DNA from: Bdellovibrionota bacterium
GTDB lineage: Bacteria; Bdellovibrionota_C; UBA2361; JAAYZI01
NCBI GenBank assembly: GCA_050950765.1
Contig: JBMNIF010000002.1
Location: 800,001 to 864,000, forward strand
DNA length: 64,000 nucleotides
Reading direction: 5' to 3'
The notes beneath the pieces were generated by a model. It was not told the DNA's origin. It saw only the letters and a list, made by a program, of their open reading frames with translations, and ran no database searches. Both the position numbers and the translations under genes were made by a program. This document shows positions 43,088-52,488 of this stretch, in pieces; the first letter of the stretch is position 1, and each line of letters begins with the position of its first letter.

Positions 43088-45262
43088 TTGGATCTTAAAA
43101 CGAATTTTCAAAATAAAACGGTAAGCTCGCCGATGATCTGTATAAAACAGGGGATTACATTTAAAATTAAAGGTGAGGGAACGGAGTTAACCCTTCCTCC
43201 TTCTGAAATAGTTGTAGCAGCAACGGAAGAAGCCTCTGTTTTGGTGTATAGCCTTGTAAAAGAGTTATCCGCCAATTCTTTAGGTGGTATTAAATCGTTA
43301 CAGTTGGAGCAGGCGCCGTATCGAAGAGACCTTCAAAATGCAACTCCTGTAACGGTTAGCGCTGGAGCATTTCCTATCGTTATCACTTCGGATCTGAAAG
43401 TTGATACCCTCGCAGGTGGAGGGGGGGAGGAGATATTTTTTCCAGCTGAAAGTGTAGGAACTTTGTTCGGTCTAGCAGAGGCGTTAAAAGGTGATTTCTT
43501 ACACAGGTCTGTGCCGTACTGCCCGTGTTGTGGGAAAGAATTAAAAAAAGAGTTTGATTTTGAGGATCTTTCGCACCTTTCAAGTGGAGTGCTTGCAATA
43601 ACATTTGAACTTTCCGTAGATGGTGCACTTTCTTTACGAGACGTCTTAGAGATGTTTGATCTTAATTACGTTGTAATTGATGGCAAACTACTACTGGTTG
43701 ATTCAGTTGAGGTAGAGCCGCTCCTCGAAAAACCTCTGAAAAAGATTAAAAAAGAGGTTTTAGCGGTAGCGCTAACGCAAGCCTTGCCGTTACAGGACAA
43801 GATAGGGGTATCGGAAAAGGTAAAAGAGCTTTTTAAAAGTGGTCTAAAACACCTTGAGTGTCTTTACTTTAAAACACGTCGAGATAAGGGAGAGAAGCTT
43901 TGTGCGATTACGCAGGAGCCGTACTGTTCGGATTGCGCAACTTTTGTGCAGGGAGTGGCAGAATCGCTACGTGAAAACGGTGCTAATTGCTGCTGGAGAC
44001 TTGATAATAAAGAGGTAGCTTATTTTAAGCAGGCTACGGTGGAAGAATTACTGTTATGGGATAAACGCTCTGAGGAGGATTCTCCGTATAAAAGTACGTT
44101 AAAATTACTTTCTGATTTAGGTTTTTCAACCCTGCCCCTTTCAAGTGAGGTGCTAAACCTTTCTCGTGGTGAAGTTGTAAGAGTTGCTTTAGGGGTGTTG
44201 TTAAGCCTTGACCTACACGATTGTATCGTAATTATTGATAGATCTTTTTCGCTTTTTACTTCGGAAGAAAGGGAAAAATATGCACAGATCTTAAGACAAT
44301 TTGTGTTAAACGGTAATACCTGTTTGGTGGTTGATGATGATGTGTGGAACAAAAAATTTTTTGATAAGGAGCTTCTTTTTGATGGTGCTGTTTGGAAGGT
44401 AGCTCCTATCTCTCAAAAAAAATCTCAAAAAAATCCACTTAAGAAAGAGATCATAACACTTAATTCTAAAGGTGCATTCTTGGAAAAAATTCAACAAGGA
44501 GAGGTGATAGCTCTTTGTGGTGCGTCGGGAGGAGGGAAAACGACACTCCTTAACGCCATAAGTGTAGGTGATGATGCGCTACTTCAGAAATTTCATAAGA
44601 TAGAGGCTCCGTATCAAGATAGTGCCAAAGGTAAAACATTGATTGAAATGGCAGGGCTCTCAGATAAGATTGCGGAGAGGTATGCTGCAACTCTAGCGGC
44701 GAGGGTGGCGGGGCTATTAAAGCAGGACTTTTTGCTGGGCAGAGGTCGCTTTGTATGCCCCGTTTGTCAAGGAAGAGGGGTGTCGGAGTCGATCCTAAGT
44801 GGAGGGGTTACGCCTTGTGGGCGGTGTTTGGGAGGTGGATTTACTGAGGGTGTGCAAAGTGTGCAGTTAAACGGGAAAAATATCGCAGAAGTTTTAAATT
44901 ATACTGTAAAAGAGGCGACCTCATTTTTTGCGGATAGCCCTGATATCTATAATAAACTTAAGGGGCTATCTTACTTAGGTTTTGGCGATTTTTGTTTAAA
45001 AACGCCCCGTCTTGTTTTATCATATTGTGAAACACTCAGAATCTCTCTGGTAAATGCTATTTTTAAGAAGAGAGTTAAAAAATCATCTACCTTATTCCTT
45101 TTAGATGATATGCTTTCGGGGTTGTCGCTTAAAAAGTTAGAGGAGGCATCCTTATTTCTTAAGAAGGTGACACAAAAAGGGGATACCGTAGTTATGGTAA
45201 GTAATCGTGGTATCGGTGTGGCGGATGCGGTGTATCGAGTTGAGTATGTAGGGGATAGATAA
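43088..45262 (+). CDS. Degenerate UvrA-like ABC ATPase
   Basis: Zn fingers CPCCG, CSDC, CPVCQG..CGRC; GKNIAEVL.YTV.EA..FF; only the second Walker A (GASGGGKTT) is recognisable; signatures eroded (LSRGE, LSYCE). Confidence 0.75.
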   Translation: MDLKTNFQNKTVSSPMICIKQGITFKIKGEGTELTLPPSEIVVAATEEASVLVYSLVKELSANSLGGIKSLQLEQAPYRRDLQNATPVTVSAGAFPIVITSDLKVDTLAGGGGEEIFFPAESVGTLFGLAEALKGDFLHRSVPYCPCCGKELKKEFDFEDLSHLSSGVLAITFELSVDGALSLRDVLEMFDLNYVVIDGKLLLVDSVEVEPLLEKPLKKIKKEVLAVALTQALPLQDKIGVSEKVKELFKSGLKHLECLYFKTRRDKGEKLCAITQEPYCSDCATFVQGVAESLRENGANCCWRLDNKEVAYFKQATVEELLLWDKRSEEDSPYKSTLKLLSDLGFSTLPLSSEVLNLSRGEVVRVALGVLLSLDLHDCIVIIDRSFSLFTSEEREKYAQILRQFVLNGNTCLVVDDDVWNKKFFDKELLFDGAVWKVAPISQKKSQKNPLKKEIITLNSKGAFLEKIQQGEVIALCGASGGGKTTLLNAISVGDDALLQKFHKIEAPYQDSAKGKTLIEMAGLSDKIAERYAATLAARVAGLLKQDFLLGRGRFVCPVCQGRGVSESILSGGVTPCGRCLGGGFTEGVQSVQLNGKNIAEVLNYTVKEATSFFADSPDIYNKLKGLSYLGFGDFCLKTPRLVLSYCETLRISLVNAIFKKRVKKSSTLFLLDDMLSGLSLKKLEEASLFLKKVTQKGDTVVMVSNRGIGVADAVYRVEYVGDR

Positions 45263-45377
45263 CGAACGTTTTTATGTCGCCATATTTTTTAGATGTGGTG
45301 CGGATCTTTGAGACCTCTTTTAGATGCACAGTGGCTTGGAGTACAAAGCGTGTTGAGGAGACGTTCTTTGTAGTTAA

Positions 45378-46292
45378 ATGGAGACCGTTTATATGAAAAG
45401 AAGAAAGAATAAGAAGGTTCTTAAATCACGTTTGGCTAGGAGTGAGATGCGGGAGATGTTGTATCACGGCAGGTATGTTTTACCGAATGCCGTGACGGTC
45501 GGGAATATGTTTTTCGGTTTTTTGGCTATTATTTATGCAACATCAGGGCGCTTTGATAAGGCGACTTTAGCAATTATCGCTGCTATTATCTTTGATGGGT
45601 TTGATGGCAGGGTGGCACGTAGGTTTAATGCTACTAGTAGGTTCGGCTTAGAGTTTGATTCTCTTGCAGATCTAGTTTCTTTCGGTGTTGCACCAGCGAT
45701 CTTAATGTATCAGTGGTGCTTTCAAAAGATGGCGGATGAGTTCGGTGTCTTGGTTTGTTTTATCTATTGTGTTGGAGCAGCTAGTCGTTTAGCACGGTTT
45801 AATGTTACGGAAACAAACTTGCGCGCCTTTGAAGGACTACCATCTCCGGCAGCTGCCGGTATCGTTGCAGCTGTGGTGTTTGCTACACCTGGGTTTATTC
45901 CAGATGCAAGGTGGCATGTTATGGCTTGTGCGACTTTAATGGTGCTGGTCGGATATTTGATGGTTTCAAGGATAGAATATTTCAGCATTAAACAGTTAAA
46001 AGTGAGGCAGATGCCGACCTTTGTTTTGCTTGCTGTGGCTGCTGTGATCGGTGTGATCTGGTATGAGCCCCGAATTCTAGCACTCATTATTTTCGGTGGT
46101 TATTGTTTAAGTGGACTTGTTGGGGTGTTGTTTAAAGCAGTCGCTACAAGAAAGGTAAAAAAAGAGGTAGTTCCTTCAGTAGAAGTGGTAGAGGTTATAG
46201 AAACACCGACCATAGTAAGTTTAGAGAAGCTACAAGGTAATCCTAAAGGTGAAGATCTTTTAGTGGAGGGGAAGAAAGAGTCTAAGGTTTAG
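45378..46292 (+). CDS. pssA: CDP-diacylglycerol--serine O-phosphatidyltransferase
   Basis: LPNAVT, DGFDGRVAR..FG.EFDSLADLVSFGVAP, RLARFN, FEGLPSP. Confidence 0.92.
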   Translation: METVYMKRRKNKKVLKSRLARSEMREMLYHGRYVLPNAVTVGNMFFGFLAIIYATSGRFDKATLAIIAAIIFDGFDGRVARRFNATSRFGLEFDSLADLVSFGVAPAILMYQWCFQKMADEFGVLVCFIYCVGAASRLARFNVTETNLRAFEGLPSPAAAGIVAAVVFATPGFIPDARWHVMACATLMVLVGYLMVSRIEYFSIKQLKVRQMPTFVLLAVAAVIGVIWYEPRILALIIFGGYCLSGLVGVLFKAVATRKVKKEVVPSVEVVEVIETPTIVSLEKLQGNPKGEDLLVEGKKESKV

Positions 46293-46317
46293 GTTATTAA
46301 GTAAAAAGCGTTTTTTT

Positions 46318-46450
46318 TAAGAAGCTTTTTTATCCTGATATTGTTGTGCTGAACGGTGCCCAGTAAGGTCTTTTTTGTTAAGGAAAAAGATACCTTTTAG
46401 GAAGCTTTTTTATCCTGATATCGTTGTGCCGAACGGTGCCCTGTCAGGTC
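46318..46450. repeat. Duplication (80-bp period) of the methyltransferase 3' end
   Basis: GAAGCTTTTTTATCCTGATAT.GTTGTGC.GAACGGTGCCC at 46321 and 46401. Confidence 0.85.
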
Positions 46451-47077
46451 TAGGGTGTAGACATGGATGGGGAGCATATTTGTCCAGATACTTTTTTTAT
46501 TAATTAGGTAAGGCATCCACTCTTTTTTAATGTAGCGCATAACACCGGAGATGCGTTGCCTCTGATTGTGTAACGGCGACATCTTTTTGGCATCACCTAA
46601 AACTATATATTCATAGTAACTCATCCAAGCTCCGTCTTCAGCGAGACGTTCAGCTTTTTCAAAGATCTCTTTTGTGATGGTGTTATCAAAATTATTAAAC
46701 GGTACGGCACAGACAACAGCATTAAAAGTTTTATCTTCCGGCATCTCTTGTACCGCTCCCAAAAAGAAGTGAACTCTTGAAGCGTGTTTCTGATAATACG
46801 GATTTTGTGCCAGTCGCTCTTTTAAACACTTCATTAAACGGGGATTGATTTCGCAAAGTGTAAGGGAGTCTTTCTCCGTCATCTGCTCAAGTAAAACAAC
46901 GGTTATGGAGCCCGTACCTGGACCGATCTCTAAAATGGAACGAGAACCTCTAATGTGATGTATAGGAGCGCTTAAAGCGAGTGCTGCCTTTCGGCTAGTT
47001 GGCCAAAAAGATCCGGTAGTCTTAAAGTTTCTAAAACATTCAGAAAAGAAAACGAGATTATCTTTTAACATTTGCAC
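46397..47077 (-). CDS. Class I SAM methyltransferase, phospholipid N-methyltransferase (PmtA)-like
   Basis: TGS..PTS..AA, LEIGPGTG, EIN, VP, W.N..P. Confidence 0.7.
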   Translation of the reverse strand: MQMLKDNLVFFSECFRNFKTTGSFWPTSRKAALALSAPIHHIRGSRSILEIGPGTGSITVVLLEQMTEKDSLTLCEINPRLMKCLKERLAQNPYYQKHASRVHFFLGAVQEMPEDKTFNAVVCAVPFNNFDNTITKEIFEKAERLAEDGAWMSYYEYIVLGDAKKMSPLHNQRQRISGVMRYIKKEWMPYLINKKSIWTNMLPIHVYTLDLTGHRSAQRYQDKKAS

Positions 47078-47448
47078 TCAGTATTGAAGAGATCTTAGTC
47101 TATAAGACGAACACTATAAGATCCTACTGCTTTATCTATTCCAATTCAAGTTTATTGCAGCTCTGTTTTCGAGTGAGAGGTTGGGTAAGGGGTTGATTCT
47201 ACAAAGTAAGTAGTTAAATCTCTTTTAATAATTAGAGGTATTAAGAAATAAGATCTTAAGTTTTTTTCAGCAAAGTCAGTAGCTTTAAACCTAAAATAAA
47301 AAGTTGTAGATTGGGGTAGTAAAATTTTTCGCTTCTTTGATGGAGTTGTGTGAATTTATAACAACAGCTAAAGATATCGCGAGGTGAGAGGTCAGGACGA
47401 CATTCCGCCTACACCTTATTATTATTTATTGCAATTTGGGGTTTTAGT

Positions 47449-49029
47449 ATGACACAGAAGATAGATTGGGAGTTGTTCAAGGCGTTGTATTGGCATTGTC
47501 CTTCAATGCAGATCGGTTTTGATATCTCACGCATGGGTGTGGGGAGTGATTATTTTGACGGCAAAAAAGATCAAGTTGCAGCAGCGATTTCAGCCATGAA
47601 AGATCTTGAAAGTGGTGCTATCGCTAATCCTGATGAAAAGCGCATGGTAGGGCATTACTGGTTGAGGAATGCAGATTTAGCGCCTAGTGCAGATCTTAGA
47701 GATGAAATAAAGAAAACTTTTTGTGATGTAAAACAATTTGCAACTGATGTTAGGGCAGGAAAGATTAAAGCTGCGGCAGGAAATTATACCGATGTGCTAC
47801 ATATCGGTATCGGCGGCTCCGCTTTGGGACCACAATTTATCCATGATGCGCTTGGCGGAGATCGTGTTTTAAAGATGCACTTTATCGATAACACAGATCC
47901 GGATGGTGTTTTAAAGGTGCTTTCTGAGATCCCTGATCTTAGTAGAACTTTGGTTGTTGTAGTTTCAAAATCAGGGGGCACTAAAGAGACACGCAACGGA
48001 CAACTTTTGGTGCAGGCAGCATTTAAAAAAGCGGGATTGGATTATAGCAAGTCCTTTGTGGCAGTGACCGGTGTTGGTAGCGCTCTGGATAAAACTGCTG
48101 TGGCAGAGGGGTGGTTAGCACGTTTCCCGATGTGGGATTGGGTCGGTGGCAGAACAAGTTTGTGGAGTGCCGTTGGATTACTACCAGCAGCTCTGGAAGG
48201 GATCGATATTGCAGCTTTACTTTCAGGTGCCGCCGCTATGGATGTTGCTACCCGAGAAGCGAGTGCACTAAAAAATCCTGCTATTATGTTGGCATTAATG
48301 TGGTGCAGAGGTGCTGCTGAAGGAAAGGCTATGGTGGTGTTGCCGTATAAAGACCGGTTGATGTTTCTTAGCCGTTATCTGCAGCAATTAGTTATGGAGA
48401 GTCTTGGAAAGGAGTTTGACCTTGATGGGAAGACTGTTAATCAAGGCTTAACAGTTTATGGGAATAAGGGCTCCACCGATCAACACGCTTATGTGCAGCA
48501 GTTGCGAGAAGGCCCGAATAACTTTTTCACCCTTTTTATCTCTGTTTTAAATGACCTTTGTGGAGAAGGTGGTGCGGAGATCGGAGGTATGGAGGTGGAG
48601 CCGGAGGTTACTTCAGGTGATTTCTTATTGGGATTCTTATTAGGTACAAGAGAAGCTCTATCAGAAAAGGGGAGGCAGAGTATGACGTTGTCTCTACCAA
48701 CTGTGGATGCAAAAAATGTCGGTGCCTTACTGGCGCTTTTTGAGAGGGCTGTCGGCTTTTATGCTTCTTTCGTGAATATCAATGCCTATCATCAACCAGG
48801 GGTAGAAGCTGGTAAAAAGGCGGCAGGTTCAGTCTTGGAAACGCAGGTGCGAATACTGGAAACGTTAAAAGGTTCTTCAGAGCCGCTAAGTGTTGAGGAG
48901 TTGGCTAAACGCCTAAATATGCAGGGTGATGAAGATATTATCTTTGCTATCGTACGCCATCTGGCGGGAAATAAACGGATAAAAGTTCAGGCAGGGGTGG
49001 CGGTTACGGAGGATCGTTATTCTTTTTGA
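47449..49029 (+). CDS. pgi: Glucose-6-phosphate isomerase
   Basis: GIGGSALG, SKSGGT.ET, DWVGGR, QQLVMESLGK, QPGVEAGK. Confidence 0.97.
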   Translation: MTQKIDWELFKALYWHCPSMQIGFDISRMGVGSDYFDGKKDQVAAAISAMKDLESGAIANPDEKRMVGHYWLRNADLAPSADLRDEIKKTFCDVKQFATDVRAGKIKAAAGNYTDVLHIGIGGSALGPQFIHDALGGDRVLKMHFIDNTDPDGVLKVLSEIPDLSRTLVVVVSKSGGTKETRNGQLLVQAAFKKAGLDYSKSFVAVTGVGSALDKTAVAEGWLARFPMWDWVGGRTSLWSAVGLLPAALEGIDIAALLSGAAAMDVATREASALKNPAIMLALMWCRGAAEGKAMVVLPYKDRLMFLSRYLQQLVMESLGKEFDLDGKTVNQGLTVYGNKGSTDQHAYVQQLREGPNNFFTLFISVLNDLCGEGGAEIGGMEVEPEVTSGDFLLGFLLGTREALSEKGRQSMTLSLPTVDAKNVGALLALFERAVGFYASFVNINAYHQPGVEAGKKAAGSVLETQVRILETLKGSSEPLSVEELAKRLNMQGDEDIIFAIVRHLAGNKRIKVQAGVAVTEDRYSF

Positions 49030-49033
49030 TGCT

Positions 49034-49060
49034 TAAGGAGATGCGATAATTTGCCGATAC
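49034..49060 (+). promoter_or_regulatory. Sigma28 (FliA)-type promoter
   Basis: TAAG-N15-GCCGATAC. Confidence 0.7.
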
Positions 49061-49091
49061 TGTAAATACCTTTATAAAAGATAAAGAAGGT

Positions 49092-50060
49092 TTGCAGGTA
49101 ATGGAAAAGAAGTTTTTAACGGCGAATTCAAATACTCAAAAGGTTTTATATCAAGCAGAGAAAGCAGCTCGTGTTGATACCTCTATCCTGATTCTTGGAG
49201 AGAGTGGAACAGGGAAGGAGTTGTTAGCACGCCAGATCCACAGTTGCAGTCAAAGACACGCTAAGCCGTTTGTGGCATTAAATTGTGCGGCAGTACCGGA
49301 GGGGCTTTTAGAGAGTGAGTTGTTCGGATATGAGGAGGGCGCTTTTACAGGTGCAACTGAGAAGAGGATAGGGATCTTTGAATACGCTTCGGAAGGAACG
49401 ATCTTTTTTGATGAGATCGCTGATATACCGCCGTTGGTACAGGTTAAGCTTTTAAGAGCTTTGCAGGAAAATGAGATAAAGAGGCTTGGTAGTAACAGAA
49501 CGATTAAAGTTAATCCGAGAATTATCTCAGCAACGGCGCATAATCTGGAGGATGCTTTAAGATCTGCTCAAATTAGAGAGGATTTTTATTATCGTCTGGC
49601 AGTTGTTACATTACAGATCCCTCCTTTAAGAGAGCGTCCGGAAGATGTCGATCTATTGTCGCAACATTTTATTGAAAAATTTGCGCGTGAGATGAATAAG
49701 AGAAATTTAAAACTTTCTAAGGGGGCAAAAGAGCTTTTACAGCAGTATGCTTGGATCGGGAATGTTAGAGAATTAGAAAATGTGATCGAGCGAGCGGCGG
49801 TTCTCTCTGATGGTGTTATTGATCGAGATAAGATAGAGGGTGGATTAAAGCTTGATCTCGATACTATCGGAGAAGCTTCCTACAATTTACGGGCAATTGC
49901 TGCTGAAGCAGCTAAGCGGGCTGAAATAGAGCTAATTTTACGCACACTTAATCAAACATCAGGAAATAAAGCGAAGGCAGCAAGATTATTAGGAATAAGT
50001 TACAAAACATTGCTGAACAAAGTAAAAGAATATGAGATAACTTCTCCGGCAGCGTTCTGA
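49092..50060 (+). CDS. Sigma54 enhancer-binding protein lacking an N-terminal regulatory domain
   Basis: AAA begins within ~30 aa of the start; GESGTGKE, GAFTGA, DEI, GNVRELEN, Fis HTH. Confidence 0.9.
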   Translation: MQVMEKKFLTANSNTQKVLYQAEKAARVDTSILILGESGTGKELLARQIHSCSQRHAKPFVALNCAAVPEGLLESELFGYEEGAFTGATEKRIGIFEYASEGTIFFDEIADIPPLVQVKLLRALQENEIKRLGSNRTIKVNPRIISATAHNLEDALRSAQIREDFYYRLAVVTLQIPPLRERPEDVDLLSQHFIEKFAREMNKRNLKLSKGAKELLQQYAWIGNVRELENVIERAAVLSDGVIDRDKIEGGLKLDLDTIGEASYNLRAIAAEAAKRAEIELILRTLNQTSGNKAKAARLLGISYKTLLNKVKEYEITSPAAF

Positions 50061-50134
50061 TCTTTTTAAAACGCTGAAAAATATCTAGAATAAAAATAGT
50101 ACAAAGATAATTATTTAAAAGTGAGGAAAGGGCT

Positions 50135-51469
50135 ATGGGGGCTGAACTTGTAGCGTTGGCGGTGTGTGGTGTTGTATCAGTGATAACGTTGGCACTGTTA
50201 ATTGTTTGTTTGGTAAAGATTAACGCTCTCTCTAAAGGGAAGGGTGATACAGAGATCGTTACTGAAGTGCAAAATATTTTACTTAGAGAGTTTAAGGGAA
50301 GTCGGGAAGAGTTAGCATCTTCTTTAAAAGATAATAGGACTGAGTTCTCTGATAGTCTGAATAAATTAAGTCTTAGGGTAGAGAATAAGTTAGATCAAAA
50401 TAGTGAGAGCATGAATAAAAATGCTAGGGAAAATAGGGAAGATCTAATTAACGGATTAAAAAATTTTGGCGAAGTTTTTTCTACGAATGTTAAAGAGTTT
50501 AATGAACTGCAGAGGCAGAAGTTTGATCAGATGACGCAAAGACAGGAAGACTTGGTTAAAACAACTGAAGAAAAGCTGGAAAAGATGCGTGAAACTGTGG
50601 ATGAAAAACTACACAAAACTTTGGAAGAGCGTTTGGGGCAATCCTTTAAGTTGGTCAGCGAGCGCTTGGAAGCTGTTCAAAAAGGGTTGGGAGAGATGCA
50701 GACTCTAGCTAGTGGAGTGGGTGATTTAAAGAAAGTTTTAAGTAATGTTAAGACTCGTGGTGTTTTGGGAGAGATCCAATTGGGTAGCATCCTCGAAGAG
50801 ATTATGGCTCCCGATCAATATGAAGCAAATGTAAGAACGAAGGTCGGATCTAATGATTTAGTTGAATTCGCTGTAAAGCTACCTGCTAAAGATGGAGAGG
50901 GCGGCAGTATTTATCTACCGATTGATGCTAAGTTTCCGCAGGAGGATTATCTCAGGCTGCAGGATGCTTATGAAAATGGCGATAAAGAGGGGGCAGAAGG
51001 TGCTAAGAAAGCGTTAGCCTCTTCCATAAGAAAGTTTGCGAAAGATATTTACACTAAATATATCGACCCGCCGCACACTACTGATTTCGGAATTATGTTT
51101 TTACCAATCGAAGGGCTCTTTGCGGAGGTGGTGCGCCAACCAGATCTCTTAGCAGAGTTGCAGCGGGAGTATAAGATCATTGCAACAGGTCCAACCACGT
51201 TAGCTGCTATTTTAAATAGTTTGCAGATGGGATTTAAGACCTTAGCAATTCAAAAGCGTACCAGTGAAGTTTGGCGTGTGTTAGGTTCTGTTAAGACGGA
51301 GTTCGGTAAGTTCGGAGATGTTTTAGCAAAAGCGCAAAAGAAAATTAACGAAGCTAATAAAGAATTGGATGATTTAGTTGGAAAAAGAACACGGCAGATT
51401 ATCAGGAATTTGAAAAAAGTTGAGCAGTTGCCCACCGATTCTGAAACTCCTGTTATAGGTGAAGAGTAA
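50135..51469 (+). CDS. rmuC: DNA recombination protein RmuC
   Basis: N-terminal TM, coiled coil, KTRG.LGE..L, PIDAKFP, TTDF.IMFLP.E, GPTTL. Confidence 0.93.
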   Translation: MGAELVALAVCGVVSVITLALLIVCLVKINALSKGKGDTEIVTEVQNILLREFKGSREELASSLKDNRTEFSDSLNKLSLRVENKLDQNSESMNKNARENREDLINGLKNFGEVFSTNVKEFNELQRQKFDQMTQRQEDLVKTTEEKLEKMRETVDEKLHKTLEERLGQSFKLVSERLEAVQKGLGEMQTLASGVGDLKKVLSNVKTRGVLGEIQLGSILEEIMAPDQYEANVRTKVGSNDLVEFAVKLPAKDGEGGSIYLPIDAKFPQEDYLRLQDAYENGDKEGAEGAKKALASSIRKFAKDIYTKYIDPPHTTDFGIMFLPIEGLFAEVVRQPDLLAELQREYKIIATGPTTLAAILNSLQMGFKTLAIQKRTSEVWRVLGSVKTEFGKFGDVLAKAQKKINEANKELDDLVGKRTRQIIRNLKKVEQLPTDSETPVIGEE

Positions 51470-51501
51470 CGTCTTGTTGCCGTATAAAGAGGGGTGGCTA
51501 G

Positions 51502-52035
51502 ATGGATAAAAATGCTAAAATTGTAAAAGACTCTGAAATTTTCACGTCCGTAGTTTTTAAATTAGTTAAGCGGGTAGTTGCGCTAGGAGAGAAAACATTT
51601 TTTAGAGATATCGTTCTTCATCCAGGTGCTGTTGTGATTATTCCGCAAGATGAGAACGGTCGACTTGGTATGGTGAGGCAGTATCGTGCTGCATTGGGGG
51701 AGGTTATTTTAGAGTTCCCCGCCGGAACGTTGGAAAAGGGGGAGGCTCCGTTAACTTGCGCCAAAAGAGAGTTAATTGAAGAGGTGAAAAAGTGCGCAGC
51801 AGAGTGGATAGATCTCGGAACGTTGTATCCGTCACCAGGGATCTCAAGTGAGGTGCAGTATTGTTATTTAGCGCGGTCTTTAAAAACGGAGTATGCCGAC
51901 CTTGATGAGGATGAGTTGCTTGATGTGGAGTATCATAGTGTGGAGGAGGTCGAGCGATTTATCTTGAGCGGGGATCTAAACGATGCAAAAAGTCTCGCGA
52001 TCTTTATGCGAGCAAGGCTCTTAAAACTCCTTTAA
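51502..52035 (+). CDS. NUDIX hydrolase (ADP-ribose pyrophosphatase-like)
   Basis: HPGAV, QYR, EFPAG..E.GE.....A.REL.EE, SPG, DAKS. Confidence 0.88.
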   Translation: MDKNAKIVKDSEIFTSVVFKLVKRVVALGEKTFFRDIVLHPGAVVIIPQDENGRLGMVRQYRAALGEVILEFPAGTLEKGEAPLTCAKRELIEEVKKCAAEWIDLGTLYPSPGISSEVQYCYLARSLKTEYADLDEDELLDVEYHSVEEVERFILSGDLNDAKSLAIFMRARLLKLL

Positions 52036-52488
52036 GGTGGGGTGTTAAAGGGTGAGCACTTTTTAACACCAGATCTTCTTTTTAGAAAACCTAAAGATGG
52101 TGGCAATAAAACAGAACTATGTTCTATCAGAGCCGGTTTATCTTAAAATGCTTTCACATTTTATTAACGAGTATATGAGAGATATCTGTGGCACCGATAT
52201 TAGGGGTGACTGTGTAGTTTTACGTCGTAGGGGGAAGGGTGTTGTGCATCAATAATATGGATTATCTAACGGCTTCGAAAGTAAATATTTATGGTTTCGA
52301 TGATGTTTTAATAATGGTATTAGATCGTTGCGCCTTTTTATGTTGTTCAGGGTTTAGATTGTTGGGCGTTCGGGTGTGATGTTTGTTTCCCTTGTCCTGT
52401 TATAGATGCTGTTTTTATATCTGTGTGGGATCTTTTGTAAGTTTTAAGAAACTTATGTCGTGCACTTTACATCTCAAGTGTGTTGTAG

